Positions 1 to 8,194 of a stretch of 32,000 nucleotides of DNA are shown piece after piece (within the stretch, counting starts at the first letter, position 1; the number at the start of each line of letters is the position of its first letter). A program made the position numbers and the translations under genes. This stretch comes from Akkermansia muciniphila ATCC BAA-835 (lineage in GTDB: Bacteria > Verrucomicrobiota > Verrucomicrobiia > Verrucomicrobiales > Akkermansiaceae). The notes beneath the pieces are model-generated. The model did no database searches, had not been told where the DNA came from, and saw only the letters and a list, made by a program, of their open reading frames with translations. The stretch spans positions 1,920,001 through 1,952,000 of the forward strand of contig NC_010655.1 in the NCBI RefSeq assembly GCF_000020225.1, read 5' to 3'.

Positions 1-537
1 CGTTGCCGGCGCAGGAACGGGCATTGTTCCGTGCTGGCAGGTTACGGTGCCAGACCCCAGCTCCACCGGTCCGGTGAAGACGGTGTCCACCCGGAGCATT
101 TCCAGGCAGATGGCAGCTCCCGCGATATCGATGATGGAATCCACCGCGCCCACTTCATGGAAATGTACTTCTTCAGAAGTAGTGCCGTGTACGCGGGCTT
201 CCGCCTCCGCCAGCAGGGTGAAAATAGAAAGGGCCGTCCGTTTTACGGTATTGGAAAGGGCGCTTGTCTCAATAAGCTTTCGTATATCCGCCATAGTTCG
301 GTGATGGTGCGCATGGCTGCTGCCGGAATGCCCTTCTTCCTCCGTCAGCACGTCAATCCGTGTTCCCCGGATGCCGTGCTGCTGCGCCGGGCGGCATTCC
401 AGCTTCCACTCCCCGTGCACATGCAATTTGGACAGTTCCCGTTCCAGGTTTTCCCGGTCCGCTCCCAAATCAATCAGGGCGGCCAGATTCATATCTCCGC
501 TGATGCCCGCGCTGCAATCATAGACCAAGGCTCTCAT
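1..537 (-). CDS. larC: LarC-family nickel-insertion protein (DUF111/UPF0272), N-terminal part; the gene runs off the left edge
   Basis: It is absent from the ORF track because it has no in-window stop. Reverse translation from the ATG at 537-535 gives MRALVYDCSAGISGDMNLAALIDLGADRENLERELSKL...HFHEVGAVDSIIDIAGAAICLEML. This matches the conserved LarC N-terminus (GISGDM; HFHEVGAxDSIxDI). The tracked + ORFs 31..552 and 47..304 are its antisense shadows. Confidence 0.75.
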   Translation of the reverse strand, partial: MRALVYDCSAGISGDMNLAALIDLGADRENLERELSKLHVHGEWKLECRPAQQHGIRGTRIDVLTEEEGHSGSSHAHHHRTMADIRKLIETSALSNTVKRTALSIFTLLAEAEARVHGTTSEEVHFHEVGAVDSIIDIAGAAICLEMLRVDTVFTGPVELGSGTVTCQHGTMPVPAPAT

Positions 538-739
538 GATGGCCCAGTGTAGAAGGAAAAACTCCTGGCTCAAGGTCAAAATGAGCCTTATCCCGGGAGA
601 GGGCCCGGTGCCTGGCGGACCGGGTTTGGCGGATTGCCGTCCGGTTATGAGAAAGATGCCCTGTGAAATACATTGCTAGGGAACTTTAAATATGCCACAA
701 TCCCTGCGGCGCTGACCAGCGCCGCCCCCGTTCTATATC

Positions 740-1750
740 ATGTCCATTCCGTTCTTTTCGAAATTACGATCCCAGAAGCATTATCTTCAACTGGTTAAAC
801 CGGAATTGAAGCAGGTTTCCGAGTTTGTTGAAGCGCAATCATCATGTTTTGACCCGGAAGTGGCCGATTACATGGAAACGGTATGCCAGTCCAAGGGTAA
901 AATGCTCCGTCCGGCCCTGGTTCTGCTGGTTGCCGGCGCTACGGGCGGCATCAAGCCTGCCCATATCCGCCTGGGTGCTTTGCTGGAAATGGTGCATCTG
1001 GCTTCCCTTGTGCATGATGACGTGATTGACGAGGCCGACAAACGCCGGGACGAGGCTACGGCGAATGCCCTCTGGGGCAACAGCCTCGCCGTACTGCTGG
1101 GGGATGTCCTCTTTTCCCACGCCATGGTGCTGGGTACGGAATTCGGCAGCACGGAATTCTGCCGCAGGCTGGCGAATACCGTCAGGAACGTATGCCAGGG
1201 GGAGGTAGCCCAGTCCAGCCGCCTGTATGATCTGAGCATGACCCGCGAGGAATATTTTGAAATCATCCGGAAAAAAACCGCTTCCCTTTTCTCCGCAGCT
1301 ACGGGGGGGGCTGGCTGGATTTCCGGAGTAACCCCGGAAGTGGAGGAATCCCTTTACCAGCTGGGGGATCTGCTGGGTGTGGCTTACCAGATTTACGACG
1401 ACTGCCTGGACATGGTGGGAGATGAAGACGATGCCGGAAAGACGCTTCATACGGATGCCACCAAGGGCAAGCTGACCCTTCCCATCTTCAATTTGCTGGA
1501 ATGCGGTGACAGGAATGTGGAAGCTACCCTGCGGGACGCCATTGAAAACCGTGAAGTGGTGGATTACTCCGCCTTTCAGGACAATCCCGTTTTTGCAGAG
1601 GCTCTGGACAAGGCGATTCAGGTAGCTCTGGAGAAAAACGAGGCGGCCCGCGAAATTCTGTGGCTCCTTCCCCAAACGGAATATCGTGAAGCTTTGGCGG
1701 AAATGACCTTTTACATGGACGAGCTGCTTAACGACTGCCGTATCTCCTGA
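740..1750 (+). CDS. Long-chain trans-polyprenyl diphosphate synthase (hepta/octaprenyl type; quinone side chain)
   Basis: The 336-aa ORF carries both aspartate-rich motifs: LVHDDVIDEADKRRD (first DDxxD) and YQIYDDCLDMVGDEDDAGK (second), followed by KGKLTLP. Product chain length cannot be read from the sequence. Confidence 0.9.
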   Translation: MSIPFFSKLRSQKHYLQLVKPELKQVSEFVEAQSSCFDPEVADYMETVCQSKGKMLRPALVLLVAGATGGIKPAHIRLGALLEMVHLASLVHDDVIDEADKRRDEATANALWGNSLAVLLGDVLFSHAMVLGTEFGSTEFCRRLANTVRNVCQGEVAQSSRLYDLSMTREEYFEIIRKKTASLFSAATGGAGWISGVTPEVEESLYQLGDLLGVAYQIYDDCLDMVGDEDDAGKTLHTDATKGKLTLPIFNLLECGDRNVEATLRDAIENREVVDYSAFQDNPVFAEALDKAIQVALEKNEAAREILWLLPQTEYREALAEMTFYMDELLNDCRIS

Positions 1751-1928
1751 CCTGCTTCAAGGAGTTTTTGTCCGGTCATGCCCTCCTTATGTAATTTGTG
1801 TCTTCCGGCATTTTCCCAAAAGGAAACCTGCCGGAGGGAATGGGAGGAGCGCATGCTGGTTACGGCCTGATTGTTTTTTCAAAACATGGTTAAACCCGGC
1901 CACGCGCCCGGGAACGGCAGTGCTTTCT

Positions 1929-3284
1929 TTATTCCGTTTTTCCGTACCTGCGCGCCCGGAAGGAGTAGGCGACCGCCACCACGGCGGCGAGCACGGCGTA
2001 CAGGATGAAGCGGTCCGTGGAAATGGCGTTGGCTGATTCTCCGTTGGACAGGAAAAAAGTAATTGCGGCCACCAGCATGTTGCCTGCAAAGATAGTGAGG
2101 TTCCAGAAACTGGTGATGAGGCTTTTCAAATGCGCCGGGGCTTGCGTATAGGCGAATTCCAGGCCCGTGGTGCTGACCAGGATCTCAGAGATGGTGAGTA
2201 CGCAGTAAGGAATCAGCTGCCATGCGATGGACATGGAGGTTCCTTCCTCCAGCCGGTATTGCAGGAAAGCGACAATCAGGAATGTAGCGGAGCTGAGGGC
2301 CAATCCCGTTCCGAGGCGCACCAGGGGCCTTGCAAGCGTTGCCACCCTGGGATAAACAAATACGGTGATGAGGGGGATGAACACCATGACGAAAATGGGA
2401 TTGGCCGCCTGGATTTGGGCCGGCCCGATGGACCAGGAACCGCCCGGGAGCGGGATGGAAAGAGGAATCATCCTGCTGCCCTGGGATACCCAGGAAGAAG
2501 CCGTCTGTTCGAAAATGGACCAGAATGGGATGATAAAGGCGAAGATGGAGAGGATTTTCAGGATGTGCCGGGTGTCTTCCACGGCAGAAGTTCCGCAGCG
2601 CTGTTCTGCGTTTTTCCAGCCTCCGTGGAACAGAATGATGAAAAGGACTTTCCAGAAGCCAGGCTGCCCGCTGTTCCGGGCCGGAGGCGTTTTGTGGTAT
2701 TTTTTGCGGCCCAGCCAGAAGACGAAGGTGGCAACCCCCATGAAGAGGCCCGGGACGGCAAACGCCCAACTGTATCCGTAACGCTGTTCCATGGCCGGAA
2801 TGACCAGGAAGGAGAAGAAGGAGCCAAGGTTGATAGCCCAGTAGAAGGCATTGAAAGCCTTGGTCATTAACTGCGGGGACTTATTAGGAATCTGGTCTCC
2901 CATAAAGGCGGAGACGCATGGCTTGATGCCTCCGGCTCCCAGAGCGATGATGAACAGGCCCGCCATGAGAATGTAACGGCGCGCTTCAATGGTGTGGAAA
3001 AGATCCGCCGTCGCCAGAACTCCGTGTCCTACGCAGTAAAGCAGGGAAATATAAAGAATGGTTTTATATCGGCCCCAGACCTTGTCCGCCAGCCAGGCCC
3101 CCGCCAGGGGAAGCAGATAAACCATTCCCATAAAAATATGAAGGGTGGAGGTGGCCCAGTTGTCGCTCATCAGCAGATGGCCCGTCATGTACAGCATGAG
3201 GATGGACTTCATGCCGTAGAAGCTGAAACGTTCACAGGCTTCCGTTCCGATGATGTATCTGGACTGGGAGGGCAGGGCGCTCAT
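1929..3284 (-). CDS. Proton-dependent oligopeptide transporter (POT/PTR2 family, MFS)
   Basis: It has the PTR2 signature GTEACERFSFYGMKSILMLYM and a polytopic MFS-like sequence. The tracked ORF extends to 3353, but those 23 extra codons consist of a terminator hairpin plus its T-tract (see 3318..3353). I therefore call the start at ATG 3284 (MSALPSQSRYIIG...). Confidence 0.88.
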   Translation of the reverse strand: MSALPSQSRYIIGTEACERFSFYGMKSILMLYMTGHLLMSDNWATSTLHIFMGMVYLLPLAGAWLADKVWGRYKTILYISLLYCVGHGVLATADLFHTIEARRYILMAGLFIIALGAGGIKPCVSAFMGDQIPNKSPQLMTKAFNAFYWAINLGSFFSFLVIPAMEQRYGYSWAFAVPGLFMGVATFVFWLGRKKYHKTPPARNSGQPGFWKVLFIILFHGGWKNAEQRCGTSAVEDTRHILKILSIFAFIIPFWSIFEQTASSWVSQGSRMIPLSIPLPGGSWSIGPAQIQAANPIFVMVFIPLITVFVYPRVATLARPLVRLGTGLALSSATFLIVAFLQYRLEEGTSMSIAWQLIPYCVLTISEILVSTTGLEFAYTQAPAHLKSLITSFWNLTIFAGNMLVAAITFFLSNGESANAISTDRFILYAVLAAVVAVAYSFRARRYGKTE

Positions 3285-3317
3285 TGGATGATGAAAAGGA
3301 GGGAGATGGAGAAGGAG

Positions 3318-3353
3318 TAATAAAAATGATGGCCTCCGGGCGGAGGCCATCAT
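3318..3353 (-). terminator. Rho-independent terminator after the PpiD-like gene
   Basis: There is a perfect 12-bp stem, ATGATGGCCTCC (3326-3337) paired with GGAGGCCATCAT (3342-3353), and a 4-nt loop. On the minus strand it is followed by TTTTATTA (3325-3318). It lies 79 nt downstream of the stop at 3432. Confidence 0.75.
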
Positions 3354-3431
3354 GGCGAATGCGTTCAGACGGTGTTCAAGGCCTGTGAGAAAAAGACGGG
3401 CTCACTGACGGTTGTCATGAAAGGGAAAACG

Positions 3432-5207
3432 TTAGCGTTCCTGGTTCAGGATGGGAGCGATTTCCACCTTATATTGGGTGATGCACGCTTTCAGCCAGTC
3501 CAGCATGATCATGGATTTTGCCTGGGCAGTCAGAGCCGGAGCAATTTGCTGGGTAGATTTGATTTGGAATTCCGGCGTATCCTCCAGTTCGCGCTTGACG
3601 AGCTGGGTCAGCAGGATGCCGTCCCCCGTGTTGATGGGCTGAGCCATCTGGCCGGGGTTGATGACGGAAGCCGCCTGGAATACTTCTTCAGGGGCCGGGA
3701 GCTCTTTGGGAGGGGCCAGGCGGGAATTCATGGCCCGTTCCAGAAGAGACTGGAGCTCTTCCTGTGTTTTGGCGTTTTGCAGGTTGACGCTGCTCAAGAG
3801 TACGTTTGGATTGACAAAGGGACCGTAAGAGGCGGTTTTGGCACCGGTTTTTCCGGCAATGGCATTGAACTGTTCCACGGGGTTTTCCGCCTTCTGCAAT
3901 TCCGTATTGAGTTCCGTGGCGGCCTTATTCATGGATTCAACGGTCATGCTTTCCAGCAGGTCGGCGCGGGCGCTGTTGCGGGCGGTTTCGTAAGGCAGGG
4001 CTTTGACCGGAGTAATGCCTTCCAGACGGATCAGGACGACTTGTCCGTTTTCCAGCACCTGCATGGTGCTGATCTGTTCGGCTCCGGTCTTGGCGCGCGC
4101 TTCTTCAATGGCCTTGGCATCCGCATCCGCATTCAGGGCCGGGGCTCCCGCCAGGGAGAAAGCCACATCCAGCAGATTGGCGCTGCGTCCGTCGGAAGCG
4201 GATTGGTTGATTGCCTGGTTGATTTCCTGAGGCGCGTTTTTACGCGTTACGGCCGTGTAGGACTTTTTCTCCATTTTGCAGACGCCGGGAGTCTTGGCCA
4301 GGGCTTCGCTGATGGCCTGGTCCATGTTCCTGCCGTTGGTGGCGTTCAGCGGTTCCCAGATGTCATTTTCCACCAGATTCATGGTCTCCATGGTGGCGTT
4401 GGAAATGTCTCCGGGCTTGGGTGCCTGGGCATCGCCTGCGGGAATGAAGGTGTAAACGGTGAAGAAGCGAGCTTCCTCATTTTTGTAATTTTCCTTGTGC
4501 TTGTCCCAGAAGGTTTTTATTTCCTCTTCTCCGGGATCCGTCTTGGGACGGAAGGCGCTTTTTTCCAGGAAGGCGGTGTTGATTGTAATTTGCTGGCTGT
4601 TGGATTCCGCTACAGCCTCGGCAAAACCGGGCTCCACGGAGATACCCCCGGCCAGCACGTCCTTGATGCGCTCCAGGCTGATGGTGTCTTCCATCAGACC
4701 GCGCAGCAGTTCCTCCTGAAGCTTTTTACCCATGTTGCCGCGCATGGAAATGAAATTATCGTATTTTTGGGGGTCGAAAACGCCTTTATCGTCCTGGAAC
4801 TCTGGAATATTGCAAATGGCATCGTCAATTTCCGCGGTACTGGGAGTCAAGCCCAGGCGTCCCGCCTCCCGGCGGATAATGCCGCGGTAGGCCAGGAAAG
4901 CCGCATTGGGATTATTTGTTTTCAGCAGATGGCAGAGTTCGCGCAGGTTTTCTTCCGAGCTGAAATTGTCCTGAAGCAGCGGACCGAAGGTGGAAGGGAA
5001 GGAGAAAGCCACGGACAGGCCGGTCCTGCCCATATTGTTATAATCCTTTTCCCCATAAGATTTCCCGTCCACGGAAACAAAAGTCTGCTTGAACATGCCG
5101 GTCAGGGAGCCGCCGCTTACGTCCCCGCCGACGAACATGAGGCCCACAAACACCAGGGCCATGGCTGCCATGATGACGATTGTATGTTTACGTAAGTAAT
5201 CTAGCAT
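3432..5207 (-). CDS. Periplasmic chaperone, PpiD-like (N-terminal membrane anchor plus SurA-N-like domain; parvulin domain degenerate)
   Basis: The 591-aa ORF starts MLDYLRKHTIVIMAAMALVFVGLMFVG, the typical PpiD N-terminal anchor. A long soluble region follows, with a parvulin-like segment (QVLENGQVVLIRLEGITPVKALPYETARNSARADL). The assignment comes from architecture and motif memory, not from an alignment. Confidence 0.65.
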   Translation of the reverse strand: MLDYLRKHTIVIMAAMALVFVGLMFVGGDVSGGSLTGMFKQTFVSVDGKSYGEKDYNNMGRTGLSVAFSFPSTFGPLLQDNFSSEENLRELCHLLKTNNPNAAFLAYRGIIRREAGRLGLTPSTAEIDDAICNIPEFQDDKGVFDPQKYDNFISMRGNMGKKLQEELLRGLMEDTISLERIKDVLAGGISVEPGFAEAVAESNSQQITINTAFLEKSAFRPKTDPGEEEIKTFWDKHKENYKNEEARFFTVYTFIPAGDAQAPKPGDISNATMETMNLVENDIWEPLNATNGRNMDQAISEALAKTPGVCKMEKKSYTAVTRKNAPQEINQAINQSASDGRSANLLDVAFSLAGAPALNADADAKAIEEARAKTGAEQISTMQVLENGQVVLIRLEGITPVKALPYETARNSARADLLESMTVESMNKAATELNTELQKAENPVEQFNAIAGKTGAKTASYGPFVNPNVLLSSVNLQNAKTQEELQSLLERAMNSRLAPPKELPAPEEVFQAASVINPGQMAQPINTGDGILLTQLVKRELEDTPEFQIKSTQQIAPALTAQAKSMIMLDWLKACITQYKVEIAPILNQER

Positions 5208-5526
5208 GGAATGTCAGGTTGAAAATGTACGTGTAGCCGGCCATGAGCTGACGGCAGCCCGGGCAGCCCGAACCTTTTACACTTTTTCCCTCCGCTAGGC
5301 AAGAACGAAGCTCTCCGCTTCCGGCGGCTTTTCCAGAACATGGCGGAATGCTCTTTCCTGTCATGAAGGGCTTTTCCGGCCGGGGCTGAACAATTTTTGA
5401 CCTCGACGGTGATGCAAATACGCCTTATGTTGCTCCTGCGCGGAAGGTTCCGGAAACCATGGGTCGGTTCTGTTCCATGGCATTCGGAAGCCTCCGGTGC
5501 ATGTCCTTAGCCGGATATTCCTTTAA

Positions 5527-6084
5527 TTGCAAGGATTTATGCTGAACCAGGTAGTAGAACTCAAAAGAGAAGTGACGGCGGTCCAGATCCCCAGCGGGGA
5601 TGTGCTCACCCTGCCGGAAGGGGAACGCGTGTATATCACCCAGATATTGGGCGGCTCCTATACCGTGGCTACGGACCACGGCCTGGCCCGTATCTCCAGG
5701 GAGAACGCGGACGCTCTTGGCGCTGGAGCGGAGGAACCTTCTCCGGAAGCGGCTGCGCTGGATGAGAACGCCACACTGGAAGAAAGGGTCTGGGATACGC
5801 TGAAATGTGTGTATGACCCGGAAATCCCCGTGGATATCGTCAACTTGGGCCTGATCTACGATGTGGCCGTCATTGAGTTGGAGAACGGCCTTCATCATGT
5901 GGCGGTAAAAATGACTCTCACGGCGCCCGGCTGCGGAATGGGGCCCCATCTGGTCATGGAAGCCAAGGACCGCATTGAAGCGTTGGAAGGGGTGGAGGCT
6001 GCGGATGTGGAAATGGTGTGGGACCCCCCCTGGAACCAGGACATGGTCAGCGAGGAGGGCAGAATGAAACTCGGATTGATTTGA
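5527..6084 (+). CDS. sufT: Fe-S cluster assembly protein SufT (long form, C-terminal DUF59/MIP18 domain)
   Basis: The C-terminal part is DUF59-like: VWDTLKCVYDPEIPVDIVNLGLIYDV...MTLTAPGCGMG...VWDPPWNQDM. The N-terminal about 60 aa (VELKREVTAVQIPSGDVLTLPEGERVYITQILGGSYTV) matches the long SufT type. The tracked start is TTG 5527. ATG 5539 (MLNQVV), preceded by AAGGA, is the more likely start. Confidence 0.75.
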   Translation: MQGFMLNQVVELKREVTAVQIPSGDVLTLPEGERVYITQILGGSYTVATDHGLARISRENADALGAGAEEPSPEAAALDENATLEERVWDTLKCVYDPEIPVDIVNLGLIYDVAVIELENGLHHVAVKMTLTAPGCGMGPHLVMEAKDRIEALEGVEAADVEMVWDPPWNQDMVSEEGRMKLGLI

Positions 6085-6090
6085 TTTCCC

Positions 6091-6564
6091 ATGCCGGTGA
6101 CGTTGAAATTGTCCGACGAGGAAGCGCGTGATTTGGCGGAAATGCTTTCCACTGCCGCCACGGTGGCTGCCTCCAACCAGCAGGATGGGGCGGAGGCTCG
6201 TCTGGCGGCGTGGGGGAATTTGGTTTCCCGGCTGATGAAGGAGCTTTCCGTTACCTCCAAATTGAAAGGGCGCATTGCCTATGCGGATGAGCTGGGCGGC
6301 TATGCCTTCACCCGGGAATATGAAGAAAGCGCCTTTTTCCAGGATTGCCTGGATGAATACCGGGACAACTCTTTCTGGGCGGATCTCGTGACACGTATGG
6401 CGGACAAGGCCATCAGCGAACACCTGGGCCCGGAATATTTTGAAAACATGCCGGAGGAGGAACGCCGCCGTACTGCGGAAGCCCTGGAAAAATCCCTGTG
6501 GCAGGAATGCGCCAGATACGGCATTGACCGGCTGGGCTTCATCTTGCCTCCGTCAGACGGATAA
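6091..6564 (+). CDS. Hypothetical acidic protein, no recognisable domain
   Basis: The 157-aa ORF starts 6 nt after the sufT stop. Its amino-acid composition is protein-like (E/D/A/L rich, no low-complexity run). The overlapping minus-strand ORFs 5425..6423 and 6300..6719 have shadow-like composition. Confidence 0.6.
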   Translation: MPVTLKLSDEEARDLAEMLSTAATVAASNQQDGAEARLAAWGNLVSRLMKELSVTSKLKGRIAYADELGGYAFTREYEESAFFQDCLDEYRDNSFWADLVTRMADKAISEHLGPEYFENMPEEERRRTAEALEKSLWQECARYGIDRLGFILPPSDG

Positions 6565-6797
6565 GGAGAAGAATCGTTTAGAAATCCTGTGGACCGGTGC
6601 GGCCCGAATGATTCGGGCGCGGTTTGCGTGCATATCCCCGGAGAATACCGGTCCATGTTGCCTGTCTGCCGGGAAAATACTCCCTTATATCCGCCCTGTT
6701 TCAGGTATCGGGACGACATGCGCTCTCTCTGGCTGCGGCAAGATGATTTTGGGGGAGTTGTTCAGTCCGGAGTGCAGCGGTTCACCGGGTCGGGGCC

Positions 6798-6950
6798 TTA
6801 TTCCTCCGCATTTTCCGGCAGTGGCGGGGTGGGGCTGCCCAGATATTCCGTTTCCTTGGGGGTGGAGAGTACTTTGTAATACGCCCAAGCGGCGGCGGCC
6901 AGTACGCCGCCGATGGAAACAATCATGGTTAGCCAGCCGGTGGGGGACAT
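6798..6950 (-). CDS. Small (50 aa) single-pass membrane protein, hypothetical
   Basis: It is too short for the ORF track. ATG 6950 lies 2 nt after the TAA (6955-6953) of the upstream DUF3472-like gene. The product is MSPTGWLTMIVSIGGVLAAAAWAYYKVLSTPKETEYLGSPTPPLPENAEE, with stop TAA at 6800-6798. It has one clean hydrophobic helix and a Pro/Glu-rich tail. Confidence 0.45.
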   Translation of the reverse strand: MSPTGWLTMIVSIGGVLAAAAWAYYKVLSTPKETEYLGSPTPPLPENAEE

Positions 6951-6952
6951 AA

Positions 6953-7837
6953 TCAGTTAATGTTCTCCTGAACAAGACTGGTAACGGCCTTGTCAGGCAG
7001 GACCAGCTTGATATTCTGGGGCAGGGGACGATTTTGGAACAGCTTGAAATCCGTCATTTTCGTAGTTCCCCCCGTCTGAAGCAGCACGGAACCATCAGGC
7101 TGGATGTTCGCCATGACGTTGGTGGAGGGGGTTGGGTCGCCGGTGAACGTTACGCTGGTATTGGGATGCCATTTGCCGTCCTTGTACGCGAAGCTGGGGC
7201 CAAAGAAGGCTCCGCGGGCCTTCTTGGCTGATTCAAAATTACGCATGAAATCTTCCACGAATCCGACGGAGAAGGAAAGTTCCTTTTCCGAGGAATGCGT
7301 TTTCCATTTGGAAATAAGATCCCAGGACCTGCTTTTATTATTAAAGTAATAACCGCTGATTTCCTTGAATTTCCCCATTTTTTTGACGCAGACGAGGAAG
7401 CGCATGTTCTCCCCGATTGCCCAGGGATAGTCCACGAAGCTTTGTCCGCCTGTTCCTTCACCGCCAAAACGTCCGGAGCGCGCATCTTTGCCCAGTTTTA
7501 CCAGCTTGGTGCGTTCTTCTTCCGGCACATCATTGGGGTTGTCTCCGTGTGCCACCGGATCCCAGATGGAAAAGATGATTACTTTTTTACCGTTGGATTG
7601 TTCCTGAAAACCGATATAGCCGTCGTCAAAATTCATGGCGCAAAAGTAGGTGCCGGGAACGGATGTTTTGGCTTTCACTACATTGTACAGGGCGCTTGCC
7701 TGGGAGGGATGCCCCTGCTGGTTGATATGGACGGAACGGCACTGGCGCTTGGCCAGCAGTTCCGGGTCCTGCGCATGAAGGATGGTTCCGGAGAACAGGG
7801 CGGCGCAAATGACGGCGGCGGAGGATAAAAGACGCAT
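6953..7837 (-). CDS. Secreted protein, DUF3472-like (tentative)
   Basis: MRLLSSAAVICAALFSGTILHAQ is a signal peptide starting at ATG 7837. The tracked ORF begins 19 codons earlier, at 7894, with no signal-like context. Motifs FSIWDP and RFGGEGTGGQS match what I recall of DUF3472. This needs an HMM search. Confidence 0.65.
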   Translation of the reverse strand: MRLLSSAAVICAALFSGTILHAQDPELLAKRQCRSVHINQQGHPSQASALYNVVKAKTSVPGTYFCAMNFDDGYIGFQEQSNGKKVIIFSIWDPVAHGDNPNDVPEEERTKLVKLGKDARSGRFGGEGTGGQSFVDYPWAIGENMRFLVCVKKMGKFKEISGYYFNNKSRSWDLISKWKTHSSEKELSFSVGFVEDFMRNFESAKKARGAFFGPSFAYKDGKWHPNTSVTFTGDPTPSTNVMANIQPDGSVLLQTGGTTKMTDFKLFQNRPLPQNIKLVLPDKAVTSLVQENIN

Positions 7838-8129
7838 GGTTTTGAATGATTGATGGTTGTCTGATTTGATGCCCGGAGGGTGGGGGACAGGCAAATAATT
7901 AGGACAGGCTAATTACGTTTGGCCTGGGGGAAATCTCGCAGGCAGGCCGCACTTTTTTCAAAATTTTTCCGGCATGAATGTGATAAAAGAAATACTTGGC
8001 TCAGGCTGGTTGCTCAAGATTCTGAAACGTCTGAAACCGTAAGTCCGGAAGGCCGGGCAGCCGCACTCTCTCCTTCCCCTTCCCGCTTTCAGCCAGCCGA
8101 CGCGGAACATACAGCTTTGCCTGAATGGG

Positions 8130-8166
8130 GAAGGCCGTTCTGCGAAAAATTCGGGAAACGGCCTTC
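8130..8166 (-). terminator. Stem-loop downstream of nuoN (candidate operon terminator, atypical)
   Basis: GAAGGCCGTT (8130-8139) pairs perfectly with AACGGCCTTC (8157-8166), and there is an inner CGAA/TTCG pairing. It lies 29 nt past the nuoN stop. No U-tract follows on the minus strand. Confidence 0.35.
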
Positions 8167-8194
8167 GGAAGAATGGGGGAAAAGGACGCGTTTG

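Noticed and set aside
1303-1310. Homopolymer tracts inside essential genes as phase-variation switches: G8 at 1303-1310 (polyprenyl synthase), C8 at 10773-10780 (nuoM), G7 at 14604-14610 (nuoH/nuoI spacer)
   Set aside because: They encode ordinary Gly/Pro runs in housekeeping genes where ON/OFF switching is implausible. They are more likely composition-driven, and matter only as sequencing-error hotspots.
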